Shown here piece after piece: positions 41,211-54,900 of a stretch of 64,000 nucleotides of DNA (positions are counted from its first letter, which is position 1; every line of letters starts with the position of its first letter). This stretch comes from the human T2T-CHM13v2.0 reference genome, Homo sapiens. The stretch lies in NCBI RefSeq assembly GCF_009914755.1, contig NC_060947.1, one strand, 5' to 3'. The notes under the pieces are model-generated. The model was not told the origin of the DNA. It worked only from the letters and a program-made list of their open reading frames with translations, and did not search any database. The position numbers and the translations under genes were made by a program.

Positions 41211-44200
41211 GTTCACCAGTTAAATAGTCTAAGCCTGGTACTTCTTTTTGGAATATTTTTAGTTACTAATTCAATTTGTTTGATAGGTATAGGTTTGTTC
41301 AGGTTGTCTATTTCTGTTAGTAAATTTTGGTGGTATGTGTCCTTCAAGGAATTCATCTGTTTTATCTAAGTTGCTGAATTTATGAGCATAGGGTTGTTCA
41401 TGGTATTCTTTTATTATACTTAATGTTCTAGGATCTGTAGTGATGACCCGCCTCTTTTATTTCTGATAGTGGCACTTCATATCTTTGCTCTCTCTCTTTT
41501 ATTGGTTGGCTTTGATTGCTAGAGTTTTATCAATTTTATTCATCTTTTGTCTGGCTGCTTCGTATATTTTCTCGTATTTAGTGTTCTGCAGTTTGAATAT
41601 GATATGGCTAGGGGTGTGTTTGTGTGTGTGTGTGTGTGCAGGCATTTGTGTGTGTATTTATCTTGCTTGGTGTTCTCTGAGCTTCTTTGATCTATGGTTT
41701 GGTGTTTGTAACTATTTTTAGAAAATTTTAAGCTATTATTTCTTCAAATATATCTTTTGACACATCTGCTCTTTCTTCTTCTAGTATTCCAATTTTTTAT
41801 ATGTTACATGGTTTCATATTGTCCCGCAATTCTTGGATGTCTCTTTTTGCCATTTACTTCTCTTTGCATTTTAGTTTGGGAAATTTATATAAACCTGTCT
41901 TCAAGGTCACCGATTTCTTCCCCAGCCTTGTCAAGTCTACTCAAGGAATTCCTAAAAGGAGTTTTTGTTTTCTGTGTTTTTGCTTGTTTGTTTTGGTTCT
42001 AGAATATTTCTTTGATATTTTCCAATGGTTACCATCTTTGTTCTGATACTAACCACTTGGTTTTTCATTCTGCCCTCCTTTTCCATTAGAACCTTAACAT
42101 ATTAACCATAGTTTTTTAAATTGTCTGATAATTTCAACATTGTGTCATATCTGAGTTTGTATCTTCCAATTACTTTCTCTATTTACACTGTATTATTTTT
42201 GCCTTTTGAAATGCCTTTACATTTTTTCCTGGAAGCCAGACATGTTGCACAGGGTAGTAAATATTGAGTTAAACAGACCTTTAGTGTGTGGATTTATTGT
42301 AATGTGGCCAAGAGTTGGATTGTATTTTGTATTTGTTGTGGCTATGGGCACAGGAGGTTCAAATTCCTCTTTTTTGGACTGTTTTTGTTTGTTTGTTTTT
42401 TGTCTTCCCTTTTGGCTTTAGGTTTCCCTTTGTACTATTTCTTAGAGAAAGTCTGTCTCTTGCTGCTCTCCCAATTGGAATTCACTGTTTCTGTTCCTGG
42501 AGGCTTATTATTATGGCAGTGATGTCATGTGGGGGAGGAAAAGCTTTCTATAATCCTCAGATTAGATCCTAGTCTTTGGAGTGCCTTGTGAACCTTTGCC
42601 TAGGAGATGTGGCCTTCACAAGTGTTTCTCTTCTTTCTCTAGTGGTAGAGCTTTTTCTGCTTTCGTACTTCTAATCATTCACTCACTGCAGTGATCCTCT
42701 AGTAACTCTGGTCTGTGTCCTTAAGTTCTTCTCCTCTGTACATTTATTCTTTTACATTTTTCTTTAAGTGGCAAATGGAGGCTGTGGCAGAGAAATTTTC
42801 CCTTCATCAAGCTTGAATGGGATTTCTTTGGTGCCAGCTGGTGACATCAGACCTCAGAGATTAGGCCTTTTGTTTCCTAAGGGAGAAAGGATTTGGCAAT
42901 GGCTACTCTTTCCCTCCCCAAGTGAGGGTCTTGAGTGTATGGAAGGTGTGGAACTGAGGGGCTTTCTTAGGATTCTTAATCCTCTGAATCAAGCCTCCAG
43001 TAATCCATCAGAATTTCTAATTTAATGTTTCTTATGGCTTATATGGCATCTTCCTAGTGACTTCTGTTCCAGGTAAGTAAGTGCCTGGTTTTTGTTCCTG
43101 GAGAAGTCTGTTTCTCCACTTTTGGGATAGTGGTTTGCCCTGCAATCTCAGTTATCTGAGGTGTCCAAAAAAGGTGTTAATACTCAGCTCGTCCAGCTTT
43201 TTCTTGATGTAAGGCTAGTAATGATGGAATTCAAGGTCTTTATATCTCTGAGATGAAACTAAAGTCCCTGCAATGCAGTTTTAATAAATTATGGCATCTT
43301 ATTTTTAAATTATGAGTCAGTGGCAACTTGTCTCTTCATTCAGATTCTACTCTCCTCCAAGGTTCAAATATTCATTATCCTCAACTACAGTATATAACAT
43401 CCATCAAATATTTACCCAAGTCATTGTATTAGTTATTTATTATTGTTTAGGTTGAGAATTAAAATGGGTTTAGAGATTACTTCTCCATTTCCTTTCATGT
43501 TAGAGACTAGGATATTGATATTGATTGTATGACCCACTAAAGTTCATTCAGAATTTATGATATAATTGAGGATTCTGGCTCCTTTCTTGGTCTACAAAAT
43601 GTAGGAATTAGCAATAAACACATTACCTGACATTTCTATTTATCCCCAGCAGCTGTAGTTTTAATCAAATTTATGTTTTACTCCTTTATCAGCTTTTTGT
43701 TGAAAATAGTAGTTATTTTAATAATGATGTCTTACATTCAGATCAAAACACTTTATATCTTGTATTTTTGAAACCTATTATAACCTAAATAATTATTATT
43801 TTCAATTAGCTTCTATTCTTATTTCAATGAATTTTGAATTCCTACTGTAGTTCAAAAAAGTACATGATTTGTCCAAGCACATGAGGCTTAAATGGAGGAA
43901 AAAAATAAGGACAAAAGTGCAGTTCTTATAGTTTTAAACCTCGAATAGACTGCTCTCCACTTGAGAAGCCAGCTGCTTTCAGTATGATGTTGACCACTTC
44001 ATGTAACTGCCTACAGTATTTTTAGTACAAAAGAATGCACACCTGCTTTGCAGCTTTGTAAAGCATGCTTCTCAGGGTAACCTTCTTCACAAAGTGAGTG
44101 CTCAAAAATGTTACCCATCAATCAAGAATTCCCTTCATTTGCAGCTACTTTTGTTAAAGGCTACCACTGCTAAAGGCAAAGCATTAGAAGTGAACAAGAA

Positions 44201-44490
44201 CATATTTTGTAATACTGAAAGTTATTGGACCGTCTTTGAGTAGTAGGTGAATATTTATTGGAATCATACATGTGTATTACACTTTTTATTACCAAGTTTG
44301 TACATAATTACACATCTTTTTTGCTCTCCTTATGTACCATTTGCTCCTCTATTATAAGTTTTCTATCTCTATTGTGAATTATGGTTAATAGTGAACATAA
44401 GCAATGACTTTCCTTGACTGGAAACACTTTAAGGAAAGATACTATGTTATATGCTTCATTGTATCCACAGAGTTTAACAAAGTGGCTCAC

Positions 44491-44653
44491 TCAGCATAGA
44501 TACTTAATAGTGCTATGACTTTGAGAAAATTTTCTGGTTTGTATTATGTTTAGCAGATTCTGCGGATGGGTTTTAATCCTCAGAAAGGTTATTCCAGCAG
44601 TCCAAGACCCTTTCAACCTTAAATGTTACATTTATTTTCTGCTCAAGTAAATC
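44491..44653 (-). pseudogene. Candidate exon DLLEQKINVTFKVERVLDCWNNL... (3 stops later in frame)
   Basis: Strong acceptor ttttcttatttttttcccctactcaccag, donor A|gtgagc; 92-bp intron to the upstream exon. Confidence 0.55.
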
Positions 44654-44745
44654 CTGGTGAGTAGGGGAAAAAAATAAGAAAAATTAAACATTCCATTTTC
44701 TTACATACCTAGTGCAAAGAATTAAGGGAGTTAGGATAAACTTAC

Positions 44746-44844
44746 CAGAGCACATATTCAAAGAACTCTGATTAGGTTTGCTTTATTCTGCATCAGCTTT
44801 TTCCCCCTCCAACTCAAACTATCCCTTTCTTTATTTGCTGTCGT
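44746..44844 (-). pseudogene. Candidate 99-bp exon TTANKERDSLSWRGKKLMQNKANLIRVL*ICAL
   Basis: Acceptor tattttatcag, consensus donor CTG|gtaagt; one TGA (possible CGA decay). Confidence 0.6.
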
Positions 44845-45310
44845 CTGATAAAATAGTGCAAATAAGTAATATTATTAATCTAATTTCCCCGTTTGCTCTT
44901 CAAATTATATATGTGACCACTTTAGCTGCACACTCCACCTATTGGCCTGGCATGGAATGGGATATTGTAGAACTGAGGTTTTCATAGCAATTCAGAGGGT
45001 AAGAACACCCGGAAGTCACAGTATCATCTGCAGAATGCCGTGGAATATTCCTCTGCTAAATTCTATTATAGGAATTAAAATAATTTCACTTGCTTCAAAT
45101 ATTATTTGCATACACATGTAAAAAGAGTTACTACACATAATTTTTAAAGAAATTATGTTTCCAAAGTTTTGCCATTAACATGTAATTATTACTTGTTTAT
45201 TCAGGGTTTTTTGGCCACTTTTGTAATATGTTGTACATATTGACCAAACTATATAATAGTCATCTAAGTCTACTCATTTTGGGGATCTTTATGTGAGAAT
45301 ACCCGCAACT

Positions 45311-45434
45311 GGCCGGGTGCTGTGGCTCACGCAAGCCTGTAATCCCACCACTTTGGGAGGCTGAGGCAGGTGGATAGCTTGAGCCCAGTTTGAGACCAGC
45401 CTGGACAACGTGGCTAAACCTTGTCTCTACCAAA
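45311..45434 (+). mobile_element. Alu left monomer / FLAM without tail, within L1M fragments (about 45150-46030)
   Basis: ggccgggtgctgtggctcacgc...ttgtctctaccaaa. Confidence 0.85.
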
Positions 45435-46259
45435 CGGGTATTCTTGCCTTATTTCCTGATTTGTAATGGTGATTGTTTCAGTGACCGTTATTTAGTACAT
45501 ATTTGTTGTTGTTAGTTTTTAATAAGAAGCCTACTGTAAGTAGTTTCGTTTTATTCTTGTTTTACATAGCACTTTTATTAATACGGCTCTGGTTTTTATC
45601 AACTGCTTTTTCAGCACTTATTGATACGACTATGAGGCTTTCCTACTCTCCTTTTTGATAGAATTGATAATGTTGATTTTTTTAATAATAATCAATCCAT
45701 CCTTGTATTCCCAGAATAAATGCTACTTAAACATAATGTGCTATTCTTCTGACTCTAGTTTCTGAGATTTTATTTTGAATGCTTCATCTCTATCACTAAG
45801 TGAGATTGGGCTATACTTTTACCTGTCGTTGTCAGGGTTGATATTAATGTCTTGGTAGCTTCATAAAATACAGTGGAGAGTTTTTCATCTTTTTCTATTC
45901 ACCTGAAATACTTGAGTTTACTTTGAAATTAACTATTTTTCACCTTAAAATAATATCACCTGTAAATCCCTCTGGTTCTTGTGACCTTTAAAAATGTTAA
46001 TTTGGAAAAATTTAATCTTTTATTAAGGTATAAAGTATTATATAATGTACCTCTTCATACTCACCACCCAGCTTTAACTCAAGTAGGAGTTTTAGTTCAC
46101 AGGGAACTTCAAACACCAATGATGGTTTTTGAGTTTTTAACATATATGTTATGATAGCAATGAGTTTCAATTGCTTTTGAAAAGCTAGACATTTTGCTCA
46201 AATATAAAGTTGAATTAATCTGTGACTTTCTTAAGGAAGTTCATCAAATATTAATCGAT

Positions 46260-46945
46260 AATAGTACAACACCACACCTCCCCTTTGGAGGGTGGGGACA
46301 AAAGTCTCGAACTGGACTCAAATCCTGGCTTCCTAGATTACCAGTCCTTCAGTCTCAGTTTCCTTGCCTGTAAAGTTGAGATAATGTTACTGGTTGCTTC
46401 CTAGGATGGCTGTTAAAAATAAATTAGATATTACATATGAGACATTTATGGTAGATATTGAGGGGCACCATCCAGATACTTCAGGACTGAGGGACTCATT
46501 CTTACAGCTGCTGAGAGTTAGCTGGTGGTAGCTCACAACTGAGTCCCTTCATGGGATCTCCCTCAGCTGAAGGGAACTGCTTTGAACAAGGTTATGCCCC
46601 GTCTTAAGGACAGTACAAAGCCAAAAATTGTGATTCTGTCTAGTCTTCTTGGCTCAGTTTAGGATAACTCTGAAGGGCCATCCAACTTCCAAGCTCCTCA
46701 TGGCATCAGACGAAGCCTCTGTTGCAGCTACTGTACCCAACTTCTCTTGCTGCCTAGTCCTGTTTGTTTCCCTTCCTCTCTCTCAGGAGTTGGTAACAAG
46801 AGAATGACTGATAAGACTACTGCATTCCATCTAACCCAAGAGTATGTTTCCAAGAGAGCATAGCCTAAGACAATGCTTAAAATACTGTCTAGTAAATATT
46901 CAGTAAATGCTAACTGTTATTACAAACTACTATTATTATTATCAT
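46260..46945 (+). mobile_element. MIR interrupted by an LTR16-type ERVL LTR (about 46448-46872)
   Basis: MIR core cagtttccttgcctgtaaagttgagataat; LTR16-like cctcagctgaagggaactgc...ctaagaca. Confidence 0.65.
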
Positions 46946-47018
46946 AGATCTCAGTGCTAATTTTTTGCAGCTAACCTCATAAAGTCAGCCCCATGGTGCA
47001 GGGGTGGGGTTCACTTAC

Positions 47019-47128
47019 TTTCTTTCCACTGGAATCACATTTGTTTCACACTGGTGTTTATATTCTGACTCTGCGAAGATTGATGGTATAAGAAGCTTTA
47101 CAGCTCCTAACACAGAGGATTTTTCCAC
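47019..47128 (-). pseudogene. Candidate 110-bp exon
   Basis: Acceptor ccatttttcttag, donor AAA|gtaagt. One frame has Trp codons 99 nt apart (47125, 47026) and 3 stops; another frame is fully open (VEKSSVLGAVKLLIPSIFAESEYKHQCETNVIPVER). Confidence 0.6.
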
Positions 47129-47862
47129 CTAAGAAAAATGGCATCTACTATGCAACATCATTGAATACCACCAAGAAGCAGTAAAACTCAGTATTTGTGT
47201 TTTGTAATCTAAAGCTCAGTATGCTGTAGGCTACGTTGTTGCAAGCTGGCAGACAAAACATGTTAAAGCCAAAAGTTAAAGGATAAAAAGAAAATGGGCT
47301 TAAAATGTGAGAAAATATTGATTAACATTTTCTCTAATTCTGGATTTTAGTCAGGAACCTTCTTAATCCAGCTTGTAGGAACCTACATTGAAATCTGTGT
47401 GTGTGTCGGAGGTGTAATGTAGATCTATGTGGTTAAGTGCAGACTACTTGAAATACATAAGCAGATATATTTCATTCAACATATGTACATCAAGGAAGGG
47501 AAACAATCAATTATGTGGCTATTGTGGTTAACTGAAGATGAGTGTTGGCGCCTAAATTTGGTATGAGGGGGATGGAGTATTTTTATTTGCTTGATATTTT
47601 TTCCCTAAGAAAATAGATTTAACATCCATCCCAAATATTCTGACTAGTAATTCACAGAAGTATCAGAAAAACCTGATAGACTAACAAATTGACATCTACA
47701 TGATTTTTATTTTACTATTCTTATTGTATTTAAGTTTTGAATTTAATCTCATCAAATTAAGGTATATGATTCACTTATTCTTTGGTCAGTGATCAGTGTA
47801 TTTTGTCTACAATTATTTGTACTGAAAGAAAATTTACAATACACATGAGAACATTTTATTAC

Positions 47863-48582
47863 ATCCTTCTGAAAGATCGTTATTAAAGTTTGGATCTCCA
47901 TTTCTTACACTTGTGCTGGAATTAAATGGTTTAGTCATGTCACCAATCAATTAACTCTTTTAATATTCCTTTCAAGAATCTCTGGAATCCTGGGCAATGC
48001 TGAAGGAAAAAGGAGACTGATACAGCAATGGGTTATATACTGACCCAAGAAAACACCAAATTTTCTTTTCGTATTGAGCATTTCAAGGGGAAAAAATAAA
48101 GTCAATGCTTAATTATATAAACTAAATGTGTATACACAATGAGCCCAATGGAGAACAAGATCTCTAATCTCTACAAAAAAATTGGATGATATCAGAAATG
48201 AAGGGCCAAGGTTAAGCATACTGCTGAAATAGCACAAGTTTATTATCTTTTTGCAGCCAATTTCATAAAATTACTCTGATTAGAAAAACACTAAAGGTTC
48301 TAGTAATAATGCAGTACAGAAATGTTGTTCTTAGGCTTCACAGGAAATGCAAATTCCAATGTAAGACAGATTGATAAGCATCATGTCTGGCTTTTGAGGC
48401 AAATTTAAATTTCTAAGAGGAAAGAAGTTGAATAAGTTATTCCAAAACATTAGGCTTATTTCCAAGGCAGCTGTTTTATTTCATGAATTGTGTAGTTGGG
48501 CTCTGAAGACACAACAGAGGTATCTCCATTGATAGATTGGCTTGAAATTTGATTGGCAACAGTCATGTTCCAATTTGGGCAC
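47863..48582 (-). pseudogene. Candidate large decayed exon with periodic Trp motifs
   Basis: Trp codons at 48526, 48442, 48356, 48257, 48145, 48045 and 47943 in motifs such as ALEISLMFW, LIRVIL*NW, EIRDLVLHW, GILKELIDW; about 3 frameshifts needed. Confidence 0.45.
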
Positions 48583-49746
48583 CTTCAAATAAACAGAAAG
48601 CAGTCCAGAGAAAGGAATTAAAATAAAGTTGGCAATAAAATACAGTGGTATTAGAGACTACTAGACTGGTAAGTAGGATTAATCTCAAGGCTGGAGAGTT
48701 ATTTAAAAATACACTGTGACATATGCCAAACTAGAAATTGGAGAATCAACTCTGGTGCCCTCTACGGCTCTGTCTGATTTTGAAACCAGAACTATAAAAC
48801 TATTGAACTGCTACACCAAGATACAGCATGATTCACATTTCTCCCAAGAGCAGTCCAAAATTGGCCTTCAATTTTGTCTCCAGATACATATCTTCCCGCA
48901 TGATTGTCACCCCTTCTTTTGTTTTGTTTTGTTTATTTTGTTTCTTTCTTTCTCTTTCTTCTTTCCTTTTATTCTTCTGCTCTTTCTCTCATTCTTTCTT
49001 CTTTTTCATTTAGTTTTATTCAACAGGATCTGAAATGGCCATAAGAATAATTCTGTTCCATGTTGTTTGCTTTTTTTAAAAAATCTGGATGGACTCTAGT
49101 CAGAATGGTAAAAGGCATATTATAATTTCAAGTCAGCAAATATTCAGTAATCACTTGTTATAAATTAGGGGAAAGTGAAAGTCTGATATTTATAAGGTAG
49201 CTAGTTCATGTGTAGCCTATCCAAGGAAATTCCACGTAGACCATATCAATTACTCCTCACAACAACCCTGGGAGATCTGTATATGAGTCCTCATTTTGAC
49301 AGTTAAGAAAAATGAAGTTCAGAGAGTCACAACCTAGGAAACAGGAACCACTTTTAGTGTGGCATAATAGAGGCAGCCAAACCAAATCCCCCTCAAAGAA
49401 TTTGTATATTTACTGGGGAGAAGAGATAAAAACATATGAAAATTTAAAAATATGGCAGAGTAGACACTTTATTGACAGAGTGTTTAGCATATTATCTGAC
49501 ATATAGTCATTCTACCATATTTGGAAGAAACAGGATTTGACAAATAACTGTCCTAGTATTCAGGAAAGATATAATGGACAAATTGGGATTTAAATTCTAC
49601 AAAGGGCACTTGAAAACTTAGTGGAGCATATCGAAGCAGAGAGGATGTGAAAGGCATCGGCAATGGTAGAACTCCATTTGCAGGTGTGCAAAGACCCATC
49701 CATAAGTGGATCATCAAAGGTGGGTTAGGAAGAAAACAGTCTATTA

Positions 49747-50132
<386 letters not shown>

Positions 50133-50366
50133 TTATATTTCAGCTTATGTTATCAATTTCATTAGCATTTAAAATATTTATTGAAGAATTAACAGAGGTC
50201 TTCTATTAATCTGACATGGTAAAACAGAAGAGGAGGAACAATCATAGACATGAGAAAGGAGACACTGTAGGTGACGTAAATTAAAATTTTATAAACAAGG
50301 TATTTTTTCTGTGGATTTAATATTGGGAGATTTTTGAAACTGGTTATTATACATCTATCTTACCTC

Positions 50367-50865
50367 CTATATTAGTTTCATTTTGTTATTGTTACAAGTT
50401 TCCATAAACTTGGTATCTTCCAACAGCACAAATGTATAATCATACATTTTTGGAGGCCAGAATTTCAAAGTCGTTCTCAGGAAGCCAAACTCAAGGTATT
50501 CACTGGGCTGTGTTTTTTTCTGGGGACTCCAGGGGGATTTCATGTCCTTGAATTTTCTAGCTTCTAGAGGCTACCTGCATTCCTTGGCTTATGGCCCCCT
50601 TCTGGAATCTCATCACTCTGACCTCTGCTTCCCTCATCACATCTTTTCTGACTCTGATTCTCTTTCCTCCCTCTTTCATTTATAAGGACCCCTGTGATTA
50701 CATTGGTAGCCCATCTAGATAGTTTAGTATAAATCTTCTTAGCTCAAGATCTTTAATTCATTTACCTCTGCAAAGTCCCTTTTGCCCATGTAAAGAAACA
50801 TATTCATAGGTTTCTGAGATTAGGACGTGGACATCTTTAGGTGATGATTATTTTGTTGATAACAC
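50367..50865 (-). mobile_element. MLT1 (MLT1D-like) solo LTR
   Basis: tatattagtttc...ctagcttctagaggctacctgcattccttggcttatggcccc...ttaggacgtggacatctt. Confidence 0.8.
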
Positions 50866-51979
50866 CAATACATGACAAAAACACCACTTTAGATCCATCC
50901 ATCCGTCCATTATAAATGGGGAAATGCAGCATAAATATAGATGTATATTGACCATCCATATCTCTTTGCCACTTTGAGCATCTGTTAAACCCTCTGAGCT
51001 TCAACACCATCATTTAGAAAACTGAAATATTTACTCACTTCTAAGTTCTGTTGTGGACATTAATAAGATAGTATAGATGAAAATGTCTGGAGCAACACAT
51101 GTTACAAAATATTAACTAAAATAGCAACAACAACAATAATGGCATTCTGTGGTTAGTGCCAACAGATTTAATAAGCAATAGTTATACTGAAGTGCATAAT
51201 ATAGGCCAAGTGGTAAACTGAAAAATTTTTATTAATTCAAAGAGAACTACTTTGCGATAGTAAAAGCATTACTAAGAATAATGAGTCTATTTATTCAAGT
51301 ATCTTATCAATTCTGACTCCACTTCACTGATGAACATTCTCAACTTCCTTTTTAGTATTTTCAATACAGAGAGTGAGTTTGGTGTGCCAAAATATTTCCA
51401 GAGTTAAATCATCAGAAATTTCAGGCTAATCCTGGAATTTGTAAACTCAATGCCAATCTTTGAAGGATGCTTTTGGGTAAGTACAGTTTGCTTTTAGTTC
51501 AGGCAGATCCTCTTAAAATTACACCATATCAATGTGAAAGATGTTTGGTAACTTAGATATATCCTGAGGTTTATATTCAAAGACAGACACAGATACTTGC
51601 AACATAATTCATACTTATAAATCCTTGAATATCTTCAAAAATGCTAACATAATTCCCACCAAATACTTCTAAGATTCTTCAGAATGTGTTATTTATTTGA
51701 GCTCAAGGCAAATCTGTAATGAGAAATAAATGGAGTCTCCAGATGTCATCTGTTCCATCCACATGCCCAATTTACATCTGCATATCTGCATACCTGCACT
51801 CTGTGAATAAATAAGCACTGCTCTCCATTATTCTTGAGTATTCTTTTAAGCTTAAAGCTTCAAGTTTATTATGTCCAGCCATCTTGACATGTCAGCAAGA
51901 AAGTAAAATCTTGTGTCACTGGGGGTTCAATAAATTGGATCTTTCAGAAACTTTGTGGTCCCCAAAGACCTCTTTAAAG

Positions 51980-54900
51980 AAAGTACCATAGAATTCAGAA
52001 TGTGGATAGGAAAAAAGATTGTTGAGATTCAGGAGAAGAGCAAAACCTAATCCAAGAAAAATAAGAATCACACCAAAATGATACAGAAGCTGACAGACAA
52101 AATAGCTAGTATATAAAAAAGAATTTAACTGATCTGATAGAGCTGAAAAACACACTACAAGAATTTCACAATACAATCACAAGTATTAACAGCAGAATAC
52201 AGCAAGCTGAGGAAAGAATCTTGGAACTTGAAGACTGGCTCTCTGAAATAAGACAGACAAAAAATAAAGAAAAATAATGAAAAGGAATGAACAAAACCTC
52301 CAAGAAATATGGGATTATGTAAAGAGGCCAAATCTATGAATTGGTGGCATCCCTGAAAGAAACAGGGAGAAAGAAAACAACTTGGAAAACATGTTTCAGG
52401 ATATCATCCATGAAAACTTCCTTAACTTCACTAGAGAGGCCAGCAACCAAATTCAGGAAATACAGAGAACCACCACAAGATTCAACACAAAAGGATTATC
52501 CTCGAGACACATAATCATCAGATTTTCCAAAGACAAAATGAAAGGATGTTACAGGCAGCTAGAGAGAAAGGGTGGGTCACTTACAAAGGGAACTTCATCA
52601 GGCCCAAATTGGAACTCTCAGCAGAAACCCTATAAGCCAGAAGAGATTGAAGGCCTATATTCAACATTCTTAAAGAAAAAAATATTCAACCAAGTATTTC
52701 ATATCCAGCTAAACTAAGTTTCTTCAGTGAAGGAGAAATAAGATTATTTTCAGAGAAGCAAATGATGAGGGAGTTCAATACCACCAGATCTGCCTTACAA
52801 GACATCTTGAAAGGAGCACTAAATATGTAAAAGAAAGACCATTACCAGGATGTATTAGTCCATTTTTCACACAGCTATAAAGAAATATTGGAGACTGGGT
52901 AATTTATAAAGGAAAGAGTTTTAATTAACTCACAGTTCTGCATGGCTGCGGAGGCCTCAGGAAACATAAAATTGGAGTGGAAGGCAAGGGGAAGAAAGCA
53001 CCTTCCTTGCAAGGTGGCAGGAGGAGAGAGAAGAGGGTAGGGAAAACAGGAATTTATAAAACCATCAGATCTTGTGAGAACTCACTCACCATCATGAGAA
53101 CAGCATGGAGGAAACCACTCCGATGATCCAATCACTTCCCTCCCTTGAAACGTGGGGATTACACATCCCTCCCTGGACATGTGAGGATTAAAATTTCATA
53201 TGATATTTGGGTGGGGACACAGAGCCAAACCATATCACAGGCACTACAAAGACACGCTTAAATACAAAGATCAGTGACACTACAAAGCAACCACACAAAC
53301 AAGCTGGCATAATAAGCAGCTAACAACACAATATCAGGATCAAATCCACACATGTCAATACTAACGTTGAATGTGAACACTCTAAATGCTCAAATTAATA
53401 GGCACAGAGTAGCAAGGTGAATAATAAAAGCAATACCCAATGGTATGCTGTCTTCAAGCATGCATTCACATGCAATGACGCTTAGGCTCAAAATAAAGGG
53501 ATGGTGAAAAATCTACCAAACAAATGGAAATGAGAAAAATAGCAGGTATTGAAATCCTAATTTCAGAGCAAACAAACTTCAAACAACAACAACAAAAAGC
53601 CAAAGAAGGGCATGACATAATGGTAAAGGGTTCAATTCAACAGTAAAACCTGACTACCCTAAATATATATGCAGCCAACACGGGAGCACCCAGATTCATA
53701 AAACAAGTTCTTAAAGACCTACAAAGAGACCTAGACTCCCACACAAAAATAGTGAATGAATTCAACACTCCCCTGACACTATTAGATAAATCATCAAGGC
53801 AGAAAACAAACAAAGATATTCAGGACCTGAACTCAGCATTGACCAAAAAGATATGATAGACCTTTTTAGAACTCTCCACCTCAGAACAATACAATATATA
53901 CTCTTCTCATCACCACATGACAAATACTCTAAAATCGACCACAGAAACGGGCATAAAACAATCTTCAGCAAATGCAAAGGAACCAAAATCATTCCAAACA
54001 CACTCTTAGACCACAGCACAATAGAAACAGAAAGCAGGACTAAAAATAAAAATACTCAAAACCATTCAATTACACGGAAATTAAACAACCTGCTCCTGAA
54101 TAACTTTTGGGTAAATAATGAAATTAAGTAAGACAGCAATAAGTTATTTGAAACTAATGAGAACAGAGATACAGCACAGCAGAATCTCTGGGTCAAAGCT
54201 AAGATAGTGTTAAGAGGGGAATGTATAGCCCTAAACACTCACATCAAAAAGTTAGAAAATCAAATTAAAAACCTAATATCAGAACTAAAAGAAGTAGAGA
54301 AGCAAGAATAAACCAACCCCAAAGCTAGCAGAAGATAAGAAATAATCAAAATCAGAGCTGAACTGAAAGAAATTGAGACACACACACACACACACACACA
54401 CACATTCAAAAGATCAATAAATCCAGAAATTGTTTTCTTTGAAAAAAATTAATGAGATACGTTATTAGCTAGACTAATAAAGAAGAAAAGAGAGAAGATC
54501 CAAATAAACACTATTAGAAATGAGAAATGGAATTTTGCCACTGAATCCACAGAAACACAAACAATAATCAGAGATTACTATGAACATCTTTATGCACACA
54601 AACTAGAAAACCTAGAAGAGGTGGATTAATTCCTGGACAGATACACACTCCCAAGACTGAACCAGGAAGAAATTGAATCCCTGAATAGACCAATAATGAT
54701 CTCTGAAATTGAAGCAATAATAAATAGTCTATGAACCAAAAAAAGCAGAGGACCAGATGAATTCACAGCTGATTCCTGCCAGGTGTACAAAGAGCTGGTA
54801 CCATTCCTATAGACACTATTCCACAATATTGAGTAGGAGAAACTCCTCCCCAACTCATTCTAAGAGGCCAGCATCATCCTGATACCAAAACCTGGCAGAG

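Noticed and set aside
48716-49033. 105-aa plus-strand ORF with a hydrophobic C-terminus
   Set aside because: The hydrophobic tail comes from a CT-rich low-complexity tract (about 48915-49015); GTG start.
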